Counted from the first letter of the stretch, positions 26,144 to 40,204 are shown. The stretch: 64,000 nt of DNA from Chiloscyllium plagiosum (GCF_004010195.1 NC_057720.1:12286183-12350182); one strand, 5' to 3'. Numbers and translations: made by a program. The notes: generated by a model from the letters alone, not told the origin.

Positions 26144-27272
26144 GTAAGTTCCTCAAGAAAAGTACTCACTGATGTTGGTTTAAAAAAAAACTTTCACCCA
26201 CCAAAACATCAATGGTGGCTTATCCCCCCACGGCAGCAAAGATTTCTGGAAGTTTGCTCGAACAGAGTTAGGCCAACCAATTTGGGAAAACCACCCCTGC
26301 TCATCCTGGTAATGAACCCCAATCTGTAGTGTGTGTCACTGGATGGTTACCAAGCAAGTTCCATCTCTGCCTTGCTTCTCTTCCCAGAGCCCAAATGATC
26401 AATGCTTCTGGCAGCAAAACAGGAAAATCTGTCTCTATTCAATGCGACACAAGCCAGGTGCGTGTTGGGATACTCTCCACACTGGAGTGCAGCTCCAACA
26501 TGCTTAACACCATCCAGCACTCCCAACATCCACTCCCTGTTACACAGTGGCAGCAGTGTTACCATCTACAAGGCACACTGCAGCAACTCGCAAACGATCC
26601 TTCAATAGCACTTTCCAAGCCCACAACATCTTCCATCTGGAAGGACAAGGACAGCACATGTATGGGAACACCACACCCTGCAAGTTCCCCTCCAAACCAC
26701 CCACCATCCTGACTTGGAAGTATATATCCATTCCTTCACTGTTGGTGAGTCAAAATCCTGAAACTCCCTCCCCAACAGTACTGCGGGTGTACCTACACCA
26801 GCTGGACAGCAGCAGTTCAAGATGGCATCTCACCACCACCATCCCAAGGGCAACTTACAGACAGGCAGTGGCCTAGTGGTATTATTGCTTAACTATTATT
26901 CCAGAGACCCAGATAATGTTCTGGGTACTTGAGTTCAAATCTCACCAATGGCAAATGGTTGAATTTGAATTCAATAAAGAATCTGGAATTAAGAATCTAA
27001 TGATGACAATGAAGCCATTGTCGATTATCAGAAAAACCCAACTGGTTCATTGATGTTCTTAAGGGAAGGAAACTGCCATCCGTACCTGGTCTGGCCTACA
27101 CGTGACTCCAGACCCACAGCAGTGTGGTTGACTCTGAACTGCCCTCTGAGCAATTAGGGACGGGCAATAAATGCTGGCCCAGCAGCAGCTCATTCATCCT
27201 GCAAGTGAATATAAAACAAAATCAGCCCTGATCTCATTGAATGCTGGGGAGAACTCAAAGGTCTGAATGGAC

Positions 27273-27525
27273 TAGATTAGATTACTTACAGTGTGGATAC
27301 AGGCCCTTCGGCCCAACAAGCCCACACCGACCCGCCGAAGCGCAACCCACCCAGACCCATTCCCCTACATTTACCCCTAACACTACGGGCAATTTAAAAT
27401 GGCCAATTCACCTGACCTGCGCATTTTTGGGCTGTGGGAGGAAACCCACACAGACACTGGGAGAATGTGCAAACTCCACACAGTCAGTCGCCTGAGGCGG
27501 GAATTGAACCCAGGTCTCTGGCGCT
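27273..27525 (-). repeat. HE1-like SINE (near-identical relative at 36685-36880)
   Basis: tagattagattacttacagtgtgga...aggcccttcggcccaacaag. Confidence 0.8.
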
Positions 27526-28184
27526 ACTCCTGCTTATTTTCTTCTGTTCATGTGTAAGAAGGGCCACCCGTAAACTTTTGTCTAAAATAAAGGCAGTTAA
27601 TGAGTTTTATGGAGTGAATTAAAATAGTGAATAGCATGGGTAAAATAAAACCAGATTATATTAATCTGCAACCACAGAAAAGGCATTTAAACGATTAAGT
27701 CATTGTAAGACAAACAGTAAGAAATTCCTTGTCACAGAGTTTTACAGATCCACAAAATCAGTGAAGTAAATCCCAGTTGCAAAACCCAGCAGTTGCCCTG
27801 TGTGAAATTACCTAATTGATTGATTGTTGTGACATGTACCGAGGCAGAGTGAAAAGTGTTGCTTTGCATGCTGCACAGACAGATCGTACCATACAAAGTG
27901 CATCAGGACCGATTGTCTCCATTCTTGCTGGTCAACACATTGACAGCACAAAGGAACTTTCATTTATATAGCGACATTCATGATCTTAGGACATCTCAAA
28001 GCACTATAGGACGAAGTTGCAAAGTAGGGAAAGTCGCAACCAATATACTTGCAGCAGGCTCCCTCAAAGAGCATTGAGATAATGACCAGCTGATTCAACA
28101 TAATCCCATTTTTAAAGTTGAGGGCTAAGTTAGAATTTAAGTTCTTGCTGTTAAAAAAACAAGAGCTGGATCACATTTATTTTT

Positions 28185-28372
28185 TGTCAGAAGCCACAGG
28201 TTATATTCCAACAGGTTTATTTGAAATCACAAGTTTTCGGAGTGCTGTTCCTTCATCACTTCACCTGAAGGGGCAGTGCTCCAAAAGTTTATAATTTCAA
28301 ATAATCCTGTTGGACTATAACCTGGAGTATGTGACTTTTGACCTTGCCCACCCCATTCCAACACTGGCACCA
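28185..28372. mobile_element. Palindromic element of a second Penelope-like terminal family
   Basis: caggttatattccaacaggtttatttgaaatcacaag pairs with tttcaaataatcctgttggactataacctg; a longer relative lies at 43788-44200. Confidence 0.65.
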
Positions 28373-28394
28373 TTAGATCATTTATCTTTTGGAA

Positions 28395-30065
28395 AACATA
28401 GAACAGTACAGCACAGTACAAGCCCTTCGGCCCGAGATGTTGTCCTGGCCTTCTATCCTACTCTAACATCAAACTAACCTACATTGTACTAACTTTTATG
28501 CGCCTATCCAAGAATCGCTTACTTGTCCCTAATGTATCGGATTCTACTACCACTACTGACAGTGCATTCCATGCACCCACCACTCTCTGTGGAAAGAACT
28601 TACCTCTGACATCTCCCCTAAACCTTCCTCCAATCATCTTAAAATTACGTCTGCTTGTGATAGACATTTCCACCATGAGAACAAGTCACTGACTATCCAC
28701 TCTATGTCTCTTAACATCTTGTACACTTCTATCAACTCACCTCTCATCCTTCTTCGCTCCAATGAGAAAAGCCCTCGATCCTTCAACCTTTCTTCATAAG
28801 GCAGGCCCTCCAGTCCAGGCAGCATCCTGATAAAGCTCCTCTGTACCCTCCCTAAAGCTTCCACATCCTTCCTATAATGAGGTGACCAGAACTGAACACA
28901 GTATTCCAAGTGCGATCTAACCCGTAATTATACAGTTGCAGCATAACCTTGCATCTCTTAAACTCAATCCCCCTGCTAATGAAAGCCAACACACCATACG
29001 CCTTCTTAATAACTCTATCAACTTGGGTGGCAACTTTGAGGGATCTATGGACATGGACCCCAAGATCCCCCTGTTCCTCCACACTGCCAAGAATTCTGCC
29101 TTTAGTCCTGTAATCTGCATTCAAATTCAACCTTCAAAAATGACTGACTTCACACTTTGCCAGGTTGAACTCCATCTGCTACTTATCAACCTCGTTCTGC
29201 ATCCTGTCAATGTTCCATTGCAACCTACAACAGCCCTCCACACTATCTACAGGTCCACCAACGTTCGTGTCATTGGCAAACTTACTAGCCCACCCTTCCA
29301 CATCCTCATCCAAGTCATTTATAAAAATCACAAAGAGCAAAGGTCCCAGAACCGATTCCTACAGAACACCAAGCTCCAGGCTGAATACTTTCCATCTACC
29401 ATCACCCCCCCTGTCTTCTATGGGCCAGCCAACTCTGTATCCAGACAGCCAGATTTCCCTGGATCCCATGCCTCCTTACTTTCTGAATGAGCCTATCATG
29501 GGGAACCTTACCAAACACCTTGCTAAAATCCATGTACACCACATCCACTGCTCTACCTTCATCAATATGTTTTGTCACATCCTCAAAGAATGACCTGCCC
29601 CTCACAAAGCCATGCTGACTATCTAATCAAACTATAGTTTTCCAAGTAATCATAAATCCTGTCTCTCAGAATGCTCTTCAATACCTTGTGCACCACAGAC
29701 GTAAAACTGACTGGTCTGTCATTCCCAGGATTATCCCAATTCCCTTTCTTGAACAAGGGAATGGCATTTACCTCCCTCCAATCATCTGGCACTACTCCAG
29801 TGGACATTGAGGACGCAAAGATCATCGCCAAAGGTGCAGCAATCTCTTCTCTTGCTTCCTGTAGTAACCTAGGGTATATCCCGTATGGCCCAGAGGATTT
29901 ATCTATCCTTATGTTGTTCAAAATTTTCAGCACATCCTCCTTTCTAACATCAATCTGTCTGAGTACGTCAGTCTGTTTCACGCTGTCCTCAGAAACATCA
30001 ATGTTTCTCAGTTGTGAATATTGAGGTCCCTCTCAATACTGAAACGAAGTATTCATTAAGGACCA
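28395..30065 (-). mobile_element. CR1 LINE ORF2 (RT) fragment, about 1.7 kb, 5'-truncated
   Basis: DKSSGPYGIYPRLLQEAREEIAAPL...PDDWREVNAIPLFKKG; AVDVVYMDFSKVFGKVPH; MEYCVQFWSPHYRKD. Confidence 0.93.
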
Positions 30066-30874
30066 CTACTAAGGACCATTATTCTCCGCATACCTGCTAG
30101 GACAAGCTCAAGATTCACAAAGAAGACACAAACTCAGAATCCATTTGAAATGGCCTCAAACCAGGTAACTATGGGACAAACAGTTGGTTGAGATTATGAG
30201 CTCTGTTATTTTAGTGAGGAGTTTATCCCATTTAGTTTATGGTCAGTGAGTATTAGCATCACTGTTCTGTCAATGAGTTGGAGACAGCGCTGGGCTTACA
30301 GCAAACAAACTATTTGAGAGCAAACAATGCGATTCTCCCCAAACTACAGGAAACAGAACTTATGGCTGTAACTACAGAAACCTTCTGGATTTAAAGTGGA
30401 ATTGCAGTTTCCACAAAATACGAGTAGAGGATAGATACAAAACCAAAATTAATGTTGCCTCCTCAAAAATTTGCTGACTCACAAAATCAATCAAATGAGC
30501 CTCCGCTGCAAACAGAATAACCTCCCTGTGTGATTGACGGAACATTACCCAGTTATCTGCATTCTTACTGGGGTTTGTGGTCAACATATTAGCAGCCTCT
30601 ATGTTAACATCTCAGTGACATGGGAGCAGTTGAAACGCAGACAGTACTATGCCGTAATTTCAAGGTCACAGGACATTGGGATGCCCAGGAGTTATGCTTT
30701 CTCCAATTTGTCATCCCCTGTCTATATGCCACAGACACAATGGGCCTTTGGGACTTCTTCACTCTTGTTTAGCTCCAGAAAGAATTAAGGAAGGCAAACA
30801 TTCAAATTTGGAAGGAAGAGACAAATTGGAGGGGTCCAAGGTAGTCGGGTCCCCCATGACAGCCTATTTTGGGT

Positions 30875-31800
30875 AGAACAGAGAACAGGACGAGGCCTTC
30901 AGCCCACCATGTCTGTGCCAACCATGATACCAAGCTAAACTCATCCCATCTGCTTACATATGGTCCGTATCCCTCTATTCCCTGCCTGTTCATGTGCCTG
31001 TCTAATTGCCTGTTAAACTTTGTGACCGTATCAGCTTCTACTACCTCTTCTGACAGCACATTCCATGCAGCTACTCCCTTCTGCATATATTTTAAAAAAA
31101 TTCCTAACACATCTCCTTTAACCCTACTCTGTCTCACCATAAACCAGTATTCCCCAGTAATTGACATTTCCACTCTGGGAGAAAAGACTCAGATCCTCTC
31201 TACTTTGTCCATTCCTCTTTTAATATTATACAATTGTGTCAGGTCGCCCATCAGCCTCCGACACTCTAGTGAAAACAACCTAAGTTTATCCAACCTCTCC
31301 TTGGAACTAATACGCTCCAATCCAGACAACATCCTGATAAACGAAGAACATTACAGCGAAGTATAGGTCCTTGAGCCTTGGATGTTGCACCAACCTATGG
31401 AACCAATTTGAAGCCCATCTTCCCTGCACTAGTCCATTTTCATCCATATGTCTATCCAATGACAATTTAAATGACCTTAAAGTTGGCGAGTCTACTACAG
31501 TTGCAGGCAGGGCATTCTACGCCCTTCCTACTCTCTGACATCTGTCCTATATCTATCCCCCCTCAATTTAAAGCTATGTCCCCTCATGCTAGCAATCACC
31601 ATCCAAGGCAAAAGGCTCTCACTGTCCATCCTATCTAACCCTGATTATCTTGTATGTCTCAATTAAGTCACCTCTCAACCATCTTCTCTCTAACGAAAAC
31701 AGCCTCAAGTCCTTTAGCCTTTCCTCATAAGATCTTCCCTCCATACCAGGCAACATCCCAGTGAATCTCCTCTGAACCCTTTCCATACCTTTTCTTATGA
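30875..31800 (-). mobile_element. Two adjacent CR1 3'-end fragments
   Basis: CR1 tail similarity to 20905-21250. Confidence 0.8.
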
Positions 31801-32149
31801 CTGAAGACTAAATCCATCCCCTACTAATTACTTATGGAGTATTTTAAGTTATGGTATGCCCTTACCCACAGACAGCAGCAAACACAATGGACTCAACACT
31901 GCTGAACAGAATATTGTTATATCATCTGTCACCAATGACAGCAGGCTCTTGTTTAAGCACTACAAAAAATGATTTGCAAAGAATACAAGCAAAATTATTA
32001 TCATATTAGTCAGCTGTGCTGAGACAGAGGTCTGGGTTAATGAGCTATCGAAATCTATGTGCCGTGGAATGTTTACATGGTATTCAAAAACTGGAATTCC
32101 AAATGGATCAATTCTTGGTAAGGGACATAAAACTTCAGGTGATGATGGG

Positions 32150-34100
32150 AAAGTGCAAGGACCAAGCCCAGAGTAAGAATAAATTGTTGGAGAAACTCCG
32201 ACTTCAATGGATTAAGAATGGATCCAGGGCAGATGAATTGGAATCAGAAGTCGAAAGGAAAACTGTAATTGAGCAATGGGCATGCTTTGTATGAAGAGTA
32301 GTCAAGGAATATTCTCACAAAGAGGAAAATAGGGCAAGCAAATGCACAGCTCCATGGAGATCACACGAGGAAAATGGAAGATGCAGAAGACAAAAGTGCA
32401 TTATGACAGAGTCTGGGCAGATAATACAAGTGTGAATCAGACTGAGTAGAGAAGGTTCAGAGGATATGTGAAAAGGTAAATAAGGGAAACAAAGAGACAG
32501 TATGAGAAGAGAAAGGCAGCTAACATAAAAGTGAATCCAAAAGTCTTCTACATGGATATAAATAGTCAAAGGATGATAAGAGCAGTAGTAGATCTGAATC
32601 AAAAATGTGGATTTCTCCATTGAGGCAAGGAGCATAGCTGAGATATTCAAGAAATACGTTGCAAACAATTTTACTAAGGAAGAAAATACTTCCTACGTCA
32701 TAGTGAAAGAGTGGCAGTTCAGACATTTGAAAGGTGTAGAAATGATATGGAAGTATTGGATGGACTGTCTGTACTTAAAGTTGATAACACATTGGGTACA
32801 GGTAAGATGCTTCCAAAAATACTGAAGGATGTGAGAGTGAGTATTCTGAAGACATTGGCCACATTTTTCTAGCCTTTCTTAAGACTTGGGGGTAGTCCCT
32901 AAGGATTGGCAATATGGAAACCTTACAGCCATGTTCAAAATGGATTTAAAGATATTCTCACCAACTACAGTCAAGTGTTGGGGAAGATGTTTGAAATGAT
33001 TATTGGGATAAAATTAATGGTTGCTTGGGAAAATGTTATTAAATTAAGAAAAGCCAGCATAGCCTTGTTAAGGACAAATCCTGTTTAACCGACTTGCTGG
33101 AATTTTGTAAAGAGGTAACAGAGAGGGTTGTTGAGTGTAGTGCTGTTGATGTGATGTACAAAGACGTAAAAAACACTTTTGATACAGTGTCACATAATAG
33201 ACTTTGCAGCATAGTTAGAAATCACAGAATAAAAGGGCTGGAAGCAGTGTGGATACAAAATTGGATGAGTGACAGGAAACAGTGATGAACAGTTGTTTCC
33301 AGACTGAAAGAGGCTTTATAGCGGGCTTATCAGCAAGTGATCTTAAGACCCTTGTGCTTTCTGATGTTTCTTCATGATGTAGATCTTGGTTTACAGACAG
33401 AATTTCAAAATTTATAGATGACATGAAGCTCAGAGGTATTGTGAATGATGAGGATAGTTTTGAACTTCAAAAGGACACAAATTGATGAAATGGTTGCACA
33501 AGTGACAGATTAAATTTAATACAGAGAAGCATGAAGTGATTACTTTTGTGACAAAGAACAGAGACAATGTAAAATGAAGGGCACAACATCAGTAGGTTGC
33601 AAGAGCAGAGGGACCTAGATGTATATGCACATAAGTCACAGTCACATCATAAAAACAGAACAGGTTGATAAAGCATTCAGAATCTTGGGATTTATCAACA
33701 GGGGCTCAGAATACAAACGTAAGGAAGTTTTAAACACTGGATAATGAGCCTCAACCTGGAGTATTGTGTCCAGTTCTGGTCACTACAATTCGGTGAAGAT
33801 ATTAGAGAGGCTGCATCATAGCTTTATGAGAATGTTTCCAGGGATGAAGAACCTCAGTTTTGAAGATAGATTGGAAGAGTTTAAGCATTAGATTGAGACT
33901 ATTCAGATGGATTTAGGAAGATTATCATACGAAGCATAATAGAAATGGGAAACTCTCTACCGAAAGCTATTGAGGCTGGGACCAATTGACTATTTCACAA
34001 TCAAGATAGCTGGCATTGATATTGAGGGTTAGGCAGGGCAGGATGGGAGTTGAACCAAGTTAAGATACAGGTCAGTCATAAACTAATTGAACAGTGGAAC
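32150..34100 (+). mobile_element. Old degenerate CR1 ORF2 fragment
   Basis: LEFCKEVTERVVECSAVDVMYKDVKNTFDTVSHNRL...WIQNWMSDRKQ; ggagtattgtgtccagttctgg. Confidence 0.8.
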
Positions 34101-35159
34101 TGGCTGGAGAGGTTAAGTTGAAACATTGGGGGGATAAAATGAAGAGGTAACATTCTCAATCAAACTGTCACCTTGTGTAAAGTTGTGAACCAGGTGTATT
34201 CACGTTTATGATTTGTGAAGTAATTGTAATATTTGATCATTTTTTTATATTCACACAATATAACACCTTTGACATTAGTGGTTCCATTGATTAAAATGAT
34301 ATTTTTGGCTGTTGAAGTTATCCAATCTCCTAATTATTTTTTAAGAGTCCTGACCAGGATAGCATTCAGAAGGATTATGCAAGTTCACACAACGAGGATT
34401 ATGGACCTGATGAAGTAAGGCTTAATTCATTAAAAAGTACAAATACTGTGTAAACAAGAATATTAATGTCAACCCAGCACCTCACCTTAGCTTACCGCAC
34501 TTGCACCTAAGGCTATTTCAGTGTGGTTCAAATATCACAGAGCTTTAAGTCTGTATGTATGCTGGTTATGAATTGGGCACAATGAGAGCCAGAGAGAAAA
34601 TCTCAAAGGCAAACTGTTGAAGGCATTAAGTGGCCAAACACTGGCTTTACAAAACATATAGAAACAATGTCCTGGGAAAGATGACTGCTCCACCAAACCT
34701 GCACCACATTTACGATGCCTGGAGTATAGTGACCAGATACATCCAACCTCAAACACCTCCCACCATCTAATCACAGGGGAAAGATTTTAAAAAAAGCTAT
34801 AACTCTGGCCAGTAAAATATATTGAGAAATTCCTCATCAACACACTTCAAATTGAATTGACCTTTTGTTAAATTTCTAATTTTTAGGAAAAAAGGAATTT
34901 TGCAGTTGTACAGTTATAGAAGAGTGGTGTAAGGTGGACACAAACAAGATAGAACTGAGTTACAATGCAGCTAGTACAATTGAGAAGTATACAGGCACAA
35001 ACAGTAAATGCCTGCATAGGTTGTCCTCATGGCTGTGGGACCACATATCAATGAGAGTGACTCTATCCATGAGTGAGGAGTAGTATTTCTCAGCAAAATT
35101 AGACCTTCAAAATTGTATGGTCAACCCTTAATAAAATTTGACTTGAGTTAAAGTTTAAT

Positions 35160-35880
35160 GTTAGCTGTTGCATTTTCGTAAGGCAAATCAGGGAAGGATT
35201 TATACAGTTAATGGTAGGGCCTTGTGAAGTACTGATGAACAAAGAGACTTAGTGGTGCAGGTGCACAGATTCTTGACAGTGGAGTCGCAGGGAGACAGGA
35301 TGAAGAATTGAGAGGTCATGTTGCAACTGTACAGGACTTTGGTGAGGCCACTTATAGAATAATCATTTAATTCTAATCACTCTTCTATCAGAAAAGTGAA
35401 ACTTGAGAGGGTGAAGAAAAAGATTTCCAACGATGTTGCCGGAACTGGAATGTTTGACTTATAGGGAGAGGCTGAATATCCTGTGGCTTTTTTTCCTCTG
35501 GAGTGTCAGAGGCTGAGGGAGACTTTATAGTAGTTTGTGAAATCAGGAAAGGGGCATGGATGGAGTAAATAGCGAAAGTTTTTTCATCACGGTAGGGGAA
35601 TCCAAAACTAGAGGGCATATATTTAAGGTGAGAAGGGAGAGATTTAAAAAGGACTTGAGGGTTAACATTTTCATGAAGAGGGTGGTGTATGTATGGAATG
35701 AGCTGCTGGAAAATGGTGGAGGCTGGTGCAATTACAGCATTTAAAAGGCATCTGGATGGGTATATGAATAGGAAGGGTTTAAGAGGGATATGGGCCAAAT
35801 GCTGGCAAATGGGACAAGGTCAGATTGGGATATCTGGTCGGCACAGATGAGTTGTTTCCCTGCTGTATTGACTCTATTCC
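35160..35880 (+). mobile_element. CR1 3' fragment
   Basis: GESKTRGHIFKVRRERFKKDLRVNIF. Confidence 0.85.
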
Positions 35881-36046
35881 ATTGATGTGGCCACCTATGC
35901 TCACAAGATGCCAAACAAGAGGTTGCCTTTGGGTGAACAGGGAAAAGTTTTCTGTTCTGATGAATGAATATTACAATTTCTGACAGAGATTTTGGATAAA
36001 GCTTGTCTTGTCCACCCCTGCACGCCCACCTTCCCCCCCAAAACAG

Positions 36047-36250
36047 GTGTCTGATGAAGAACCAACTGATGCCAAGAGAACATCTTTGGATATCAATGAT
36101 GTGCTCTGTCCAGGCAAATTGGAAATCAATTTCGAAGAGCTTTTGAAACAAAAGATGGAGGATGAGAAAAGGCGGACGGAAGAGGAGCGAAGGCAGAAAC
36201 TGGAACAGGAGAAACAGGAATTTGAACAACAACGACAAGAAATGGGAGAG
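36047..36250 (+). CDS. NEXN: Nexilin coding exon 7 (VSDEEP...[27 protein letters not shown]...QEMGE)
   Basis: aacag acceptor, gtaggt donor; near identity to the nexilin motif [27 protein letters not shown]. Confidence 0.95.
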
Positions 36251-37260
36251 GTAGGTGAGGCATCCCTTACAGCCAGATTATTTTCCATGAAGGTTGAAGC
36301 ACATCTAGCTTCTGTTATTAGCTCATTGGTCAATACTCCCACTTCTGAAGTTGTGTATCCAAGTCCCAACCCATAAACCTGAGCACAAAATCTCATGCTG
36401 TGGGGGTGCTGCCTTTTTTAAGTTAAACCAAGATTGTTGTCTGCCCACTTGTGGACCTGATCAATATTGTGCCCTCAACCGTGAGCATGGTACTCTTACA
36501 GCTCCAGTAATGCAGAGTGCTGCATAGATCTCCCAGAGAACGTGAGTTCAAATGCACTCTGGAAGTTCGAGAATTTGAATTCAGTTTTTCTTTCTTGAAA
36601 CCTGGGCATAAAAAGTTGGTTTCAGATTATACAGACAGTCCCCGGGTAGTAAATGGGTTCTGTTCTTCACATTGATTTGATTTTTTAGATTAGATTTGAT
36701 TACTTTACAGTGTGGAAACAGGCCCTTCGGCCCAACAAGTCCACACCGACCCGCCGAAGCGCAACCCATCCAGACCCATTCCCCGACATTTACCCCTTCA
36801 CCTATCACTACGGGCAATTTTGCATGGCCAATTCACCTGCACATCTTTGGATTGTGGGAGGAAACTGGAGCACCCGAAGGAAATCCATTGGTTTGTACAA
36901 AAGGCAGAATACAATGCAGATCAATATAAAATAATCATTCATATGTACAGGAGATGTTTGTATGTCAGATCTTTAAAATCATATCCCTGTATAAAACCAT
37001 ACCCCATTTGTAAGCCGAACATTCATAAATAAGGGACCTCCTGATTATTAAACTCTCAAGCCACTCAGTTGCATACAACTGAAGATGAGCAATAATTTCC
37101 AACCTTTCAATAATCTCCACATGCAGAGAAAAACAATTGGTTAAAACAGAGGTACCCACATTGCAAGGGGGTGGGGGGGGAATTGAAGCTTCTTGTTGTG
37201 TATATGCACCCCCCCCCCCCTCCTCCCAAACTCCAATTCTCTGCTCTTGACTCCTCTCAG

Positions 37261-37482
37261 GATGAAATCAATGAGAGCACTGAAGTTGTGAGTACAGAGT
37301 ATGAAGAGCTGATGAGGCTAAAAAGAACAGGTTCCATTCAAGCCAAAAACTTGAAGTCGAAGTTTGAAAAGATTGGCAAGCTTTCCGAGGAGGAAATACA
37401 GAAGAAGATCGAAGATGAAAGGGCCAAAAGGAGAGCGGAGGACCTAGAGATAAAGGAAAGAGAGTCTGAACGATTCAAAGAG
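37261..37482 (+). CDS. NEXN: Nexilin coding exon 8 (DEINESTE...[20 protein letters not shown]...RFKE)
   Basis: ctcag acceptor, gtaact donor; contains the [16 protein letters not shown] motif. Confidence 0.95.
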
Positions 37483-37511
37483 GTAACTTTTCTTCTCGTA
37501 GAAAAGTAGTT

Positions 37512-38272
37512 GAACATAGAACATTACAGCATAGTACAGGCCCGTCAGCCCTCGATGTGCCGATCTTTTATCCTACTCTAAGATCAGACTAACCTACATT
37601 TTACTATCATCCACGTGCCTATCCAAGTGTCACTTCAATGTCCCTAATGTATCTGACTCTACCACCACTGCTGTCAGTGCATTCCGCACACCCATCACTC
37701 TCGGTGTAAAGAACCTACCTCTAACATCTCCCCTGAACCTTCCTTCAATCACCTTAAAATTATGCCCCCTTGTGATAGCCATTCCTGCCCTGGGAAAAAG
37801 TCTCTGACTATCTACTCTATATATGCCTGCCATCATCTTGTACACCTCTGTCAAGTCACTTCTTGTCCTCCTTCGCTCCAATGAGAAAAGCCCTAGCTCC
37901 CTCAATCTTTCTTCATAAGACAAGCCCTCCAGTCCACGCAGCATCCTGATAAATCTCCAAAGCTCTCTAAAGCTTCCACATCCTTCCTATAATGAGGCAA
38001 CCAGAAATGGACACAATATTCCAAATGTGGTCTAACCAGGGCTGTACAGAGCTGCAGCATAACCCCGCGGACCTTAAATTCAATCCCTCTGCTAATGAAA
38101 GCCAACACACCGTACACCTTCTTAACAACCCAATCAACTTGTGTGGCAACTTTGAGGAATTTATGGATGTGGAGTCCAAGATCCCTCTGATCCTCCATAC
38201 TGCCAAGAATCCTGCCGTTAACCCTGTATTCTGCACACAAATTCCACCTTCCAAAATTAATCACTTCACACT
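37512..38272 (-). mobile_element. CR1 3' fragment starting about 30 bp after a NEXN donor
   Basis: LVRPHLEYCVHFWLPHYRKD; LSYEERLRELGLFSLERRR. Confidence 0.92.
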
Positions 38273-38747
38273 TGATTGGAAGAAGCTTCAGTGGTAGATT
38301 TGATGGATAATTCTATTCTGCGCAATGTGCAAGGGGCAACTTTCCTGCATCTGGATCAAGAGACTGTAGGCCCAAGTCTGACTCCAGGAACTAAATTCCC
38401 AATTTGGGTTGGAATGCAATTGTGTCAGAAGCCGTGTTGCATCCCAGGGAGTGGTTTGATTCTAAAATAGGATGTCAATAAAATGAGGTTTAATCTTTCC
38501 ATTCCCATGAAAGAATACCAGGGCAGTACATGAGGATCAGAGTCCTTTTAGCCTCCCGGGCAACATCCTTTTCTCAGCTAATATTACCAAAATTACGCCA
38601 ACTGGCCACTACCACTCTCATTTTTTCTTTATTCTTTTCATTAGATGCAGCCATCACTAGCCAGCATTTGTTGTTCATTCCTCATTGGCTCTTGAACTCA
38701 GTGAATCTCTCCATCATCTCAGAGGGCAATTAAGAGCCAAACACATT

Positions 38748-38969
38748 TGTAGTGATTGGAACCATGGCCAGGTGGATCTCATGGATTATGAGATCCTCAA
38801 TTGGGGATGTTAACCTGGGCCAATCAGGGAGCTCTGGCTGACAGAAAAAAAAGAGATTCAGAGATTCTTCAATCTAAGGACTGGCTATGAGCTAGCTGGT
38901 CATAGCCCATGTACACCACACACGTAAATAAAGGGTGACTTGGTGACTGGCTTTTGTGCAATTATTTCA
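38748..38969 (+). mobile_element. Intact solo LTR with 5-bp target-site duplication ACATT, inserted in a SINE
   Basis: acatt|TGTAGTG...AATAAA...ATTTCA|acatt. Confidence 0.8.
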
Positions 38970-40204
38970 ACATTGCTGTGGGTCAGGTGTCATACGTAGA
39001 CCAGGTAAGAATGGAAGATTTCCTTTCATAAAGGATATTCATGAACCAGATCAGTTTCTACAACAATTGATGACAATTGTCTCGGTCACCATCACTGAGA
39101 CTAGCTTTCTATTCCAAATTTATTGATTGAGTTTATATCCCACCAGTCACTATGGTGCCTATGCCCCTGGTCCAGTGGCATTATCACTATGCCATTACCT
39201 CTACCTTCACACCATTTGCCAACAAAATATTTCTTTAAACAAATTAACCTAGGATAAGCAGCTGTTGAAATGCACGTCTTTCTCAAAATTGTTGGTGATG
39301 TATTCTATCATTTTTAAACTGCCTCTGATGTCTGGGGTTCAGTGGGTCACAATCTGCTTCTGGGTCAGAAGGTTGTAGATTGAAATTCCTCCACAGACAA
39401 TTAAACAGATAGCCTTTTGTAGCACTCCACACAGAACTGAGGGAATGCTGCACTGTCTGTAGTACATATGAAGTGTTCAGGTGGGTGAAAAAGATCTTAC
39501 AAAGCTGTTTTGAAGAGGTTAGTTGAACCCCATGACCTGGCCAATATTTTTCTCTTGGCCAATGTTTCACAGTTGTTTTATATCTCACGGCTGTTTATGG
39601 GAACTTGCTGGATGTAAACTTAGAATTTTCTAACACAGAGTGAGTGCTCTGTCTTTAAGTATGTTTAAGATTTCTCATCATCAGTGGTGTACATGGTTAT
39701 GGGTCAGGTGGTTGAAGTGCTTGATCATATCGAATGGCAGAGCAGGCTCAATGGGCTGAATGGCCTACCTCTATTTCCTTGGGCATGACAACACTGCTTC
39801 CATTTGGAAAATATTTCACTTGATTGTTAACTTGTTTGGAGGACATCGTGAAGTTGACAGAGATGCAACAAAAATGAAAGTCTTCAATGCATGCCCATTG
39901 CATTGTTCAGCAGTACAGAAGGGAGAGTTAAATCATATTATCAAATCAACGTTGAGTTTGAAAAGAACTTATTGGGGCCTTAGTCAATTTTGGAGCAGAT
40001 TGTCTATTTGGCTCAGGTCATTGAAGAACCTATAACACAGAAGATAGTCCTTCCATCAATCATGATCATATCAATCAAAAACAACCTCCTAATTATTCTA
40101 GTGTCATTTTCCAGCACTTGGTTTCAATCCAAACTCAATCATTGTACTAATGGTTGAGATGGGTTGGATGGTTCAACTAATCGTTGAATTATTCACATTA
40201 TATC

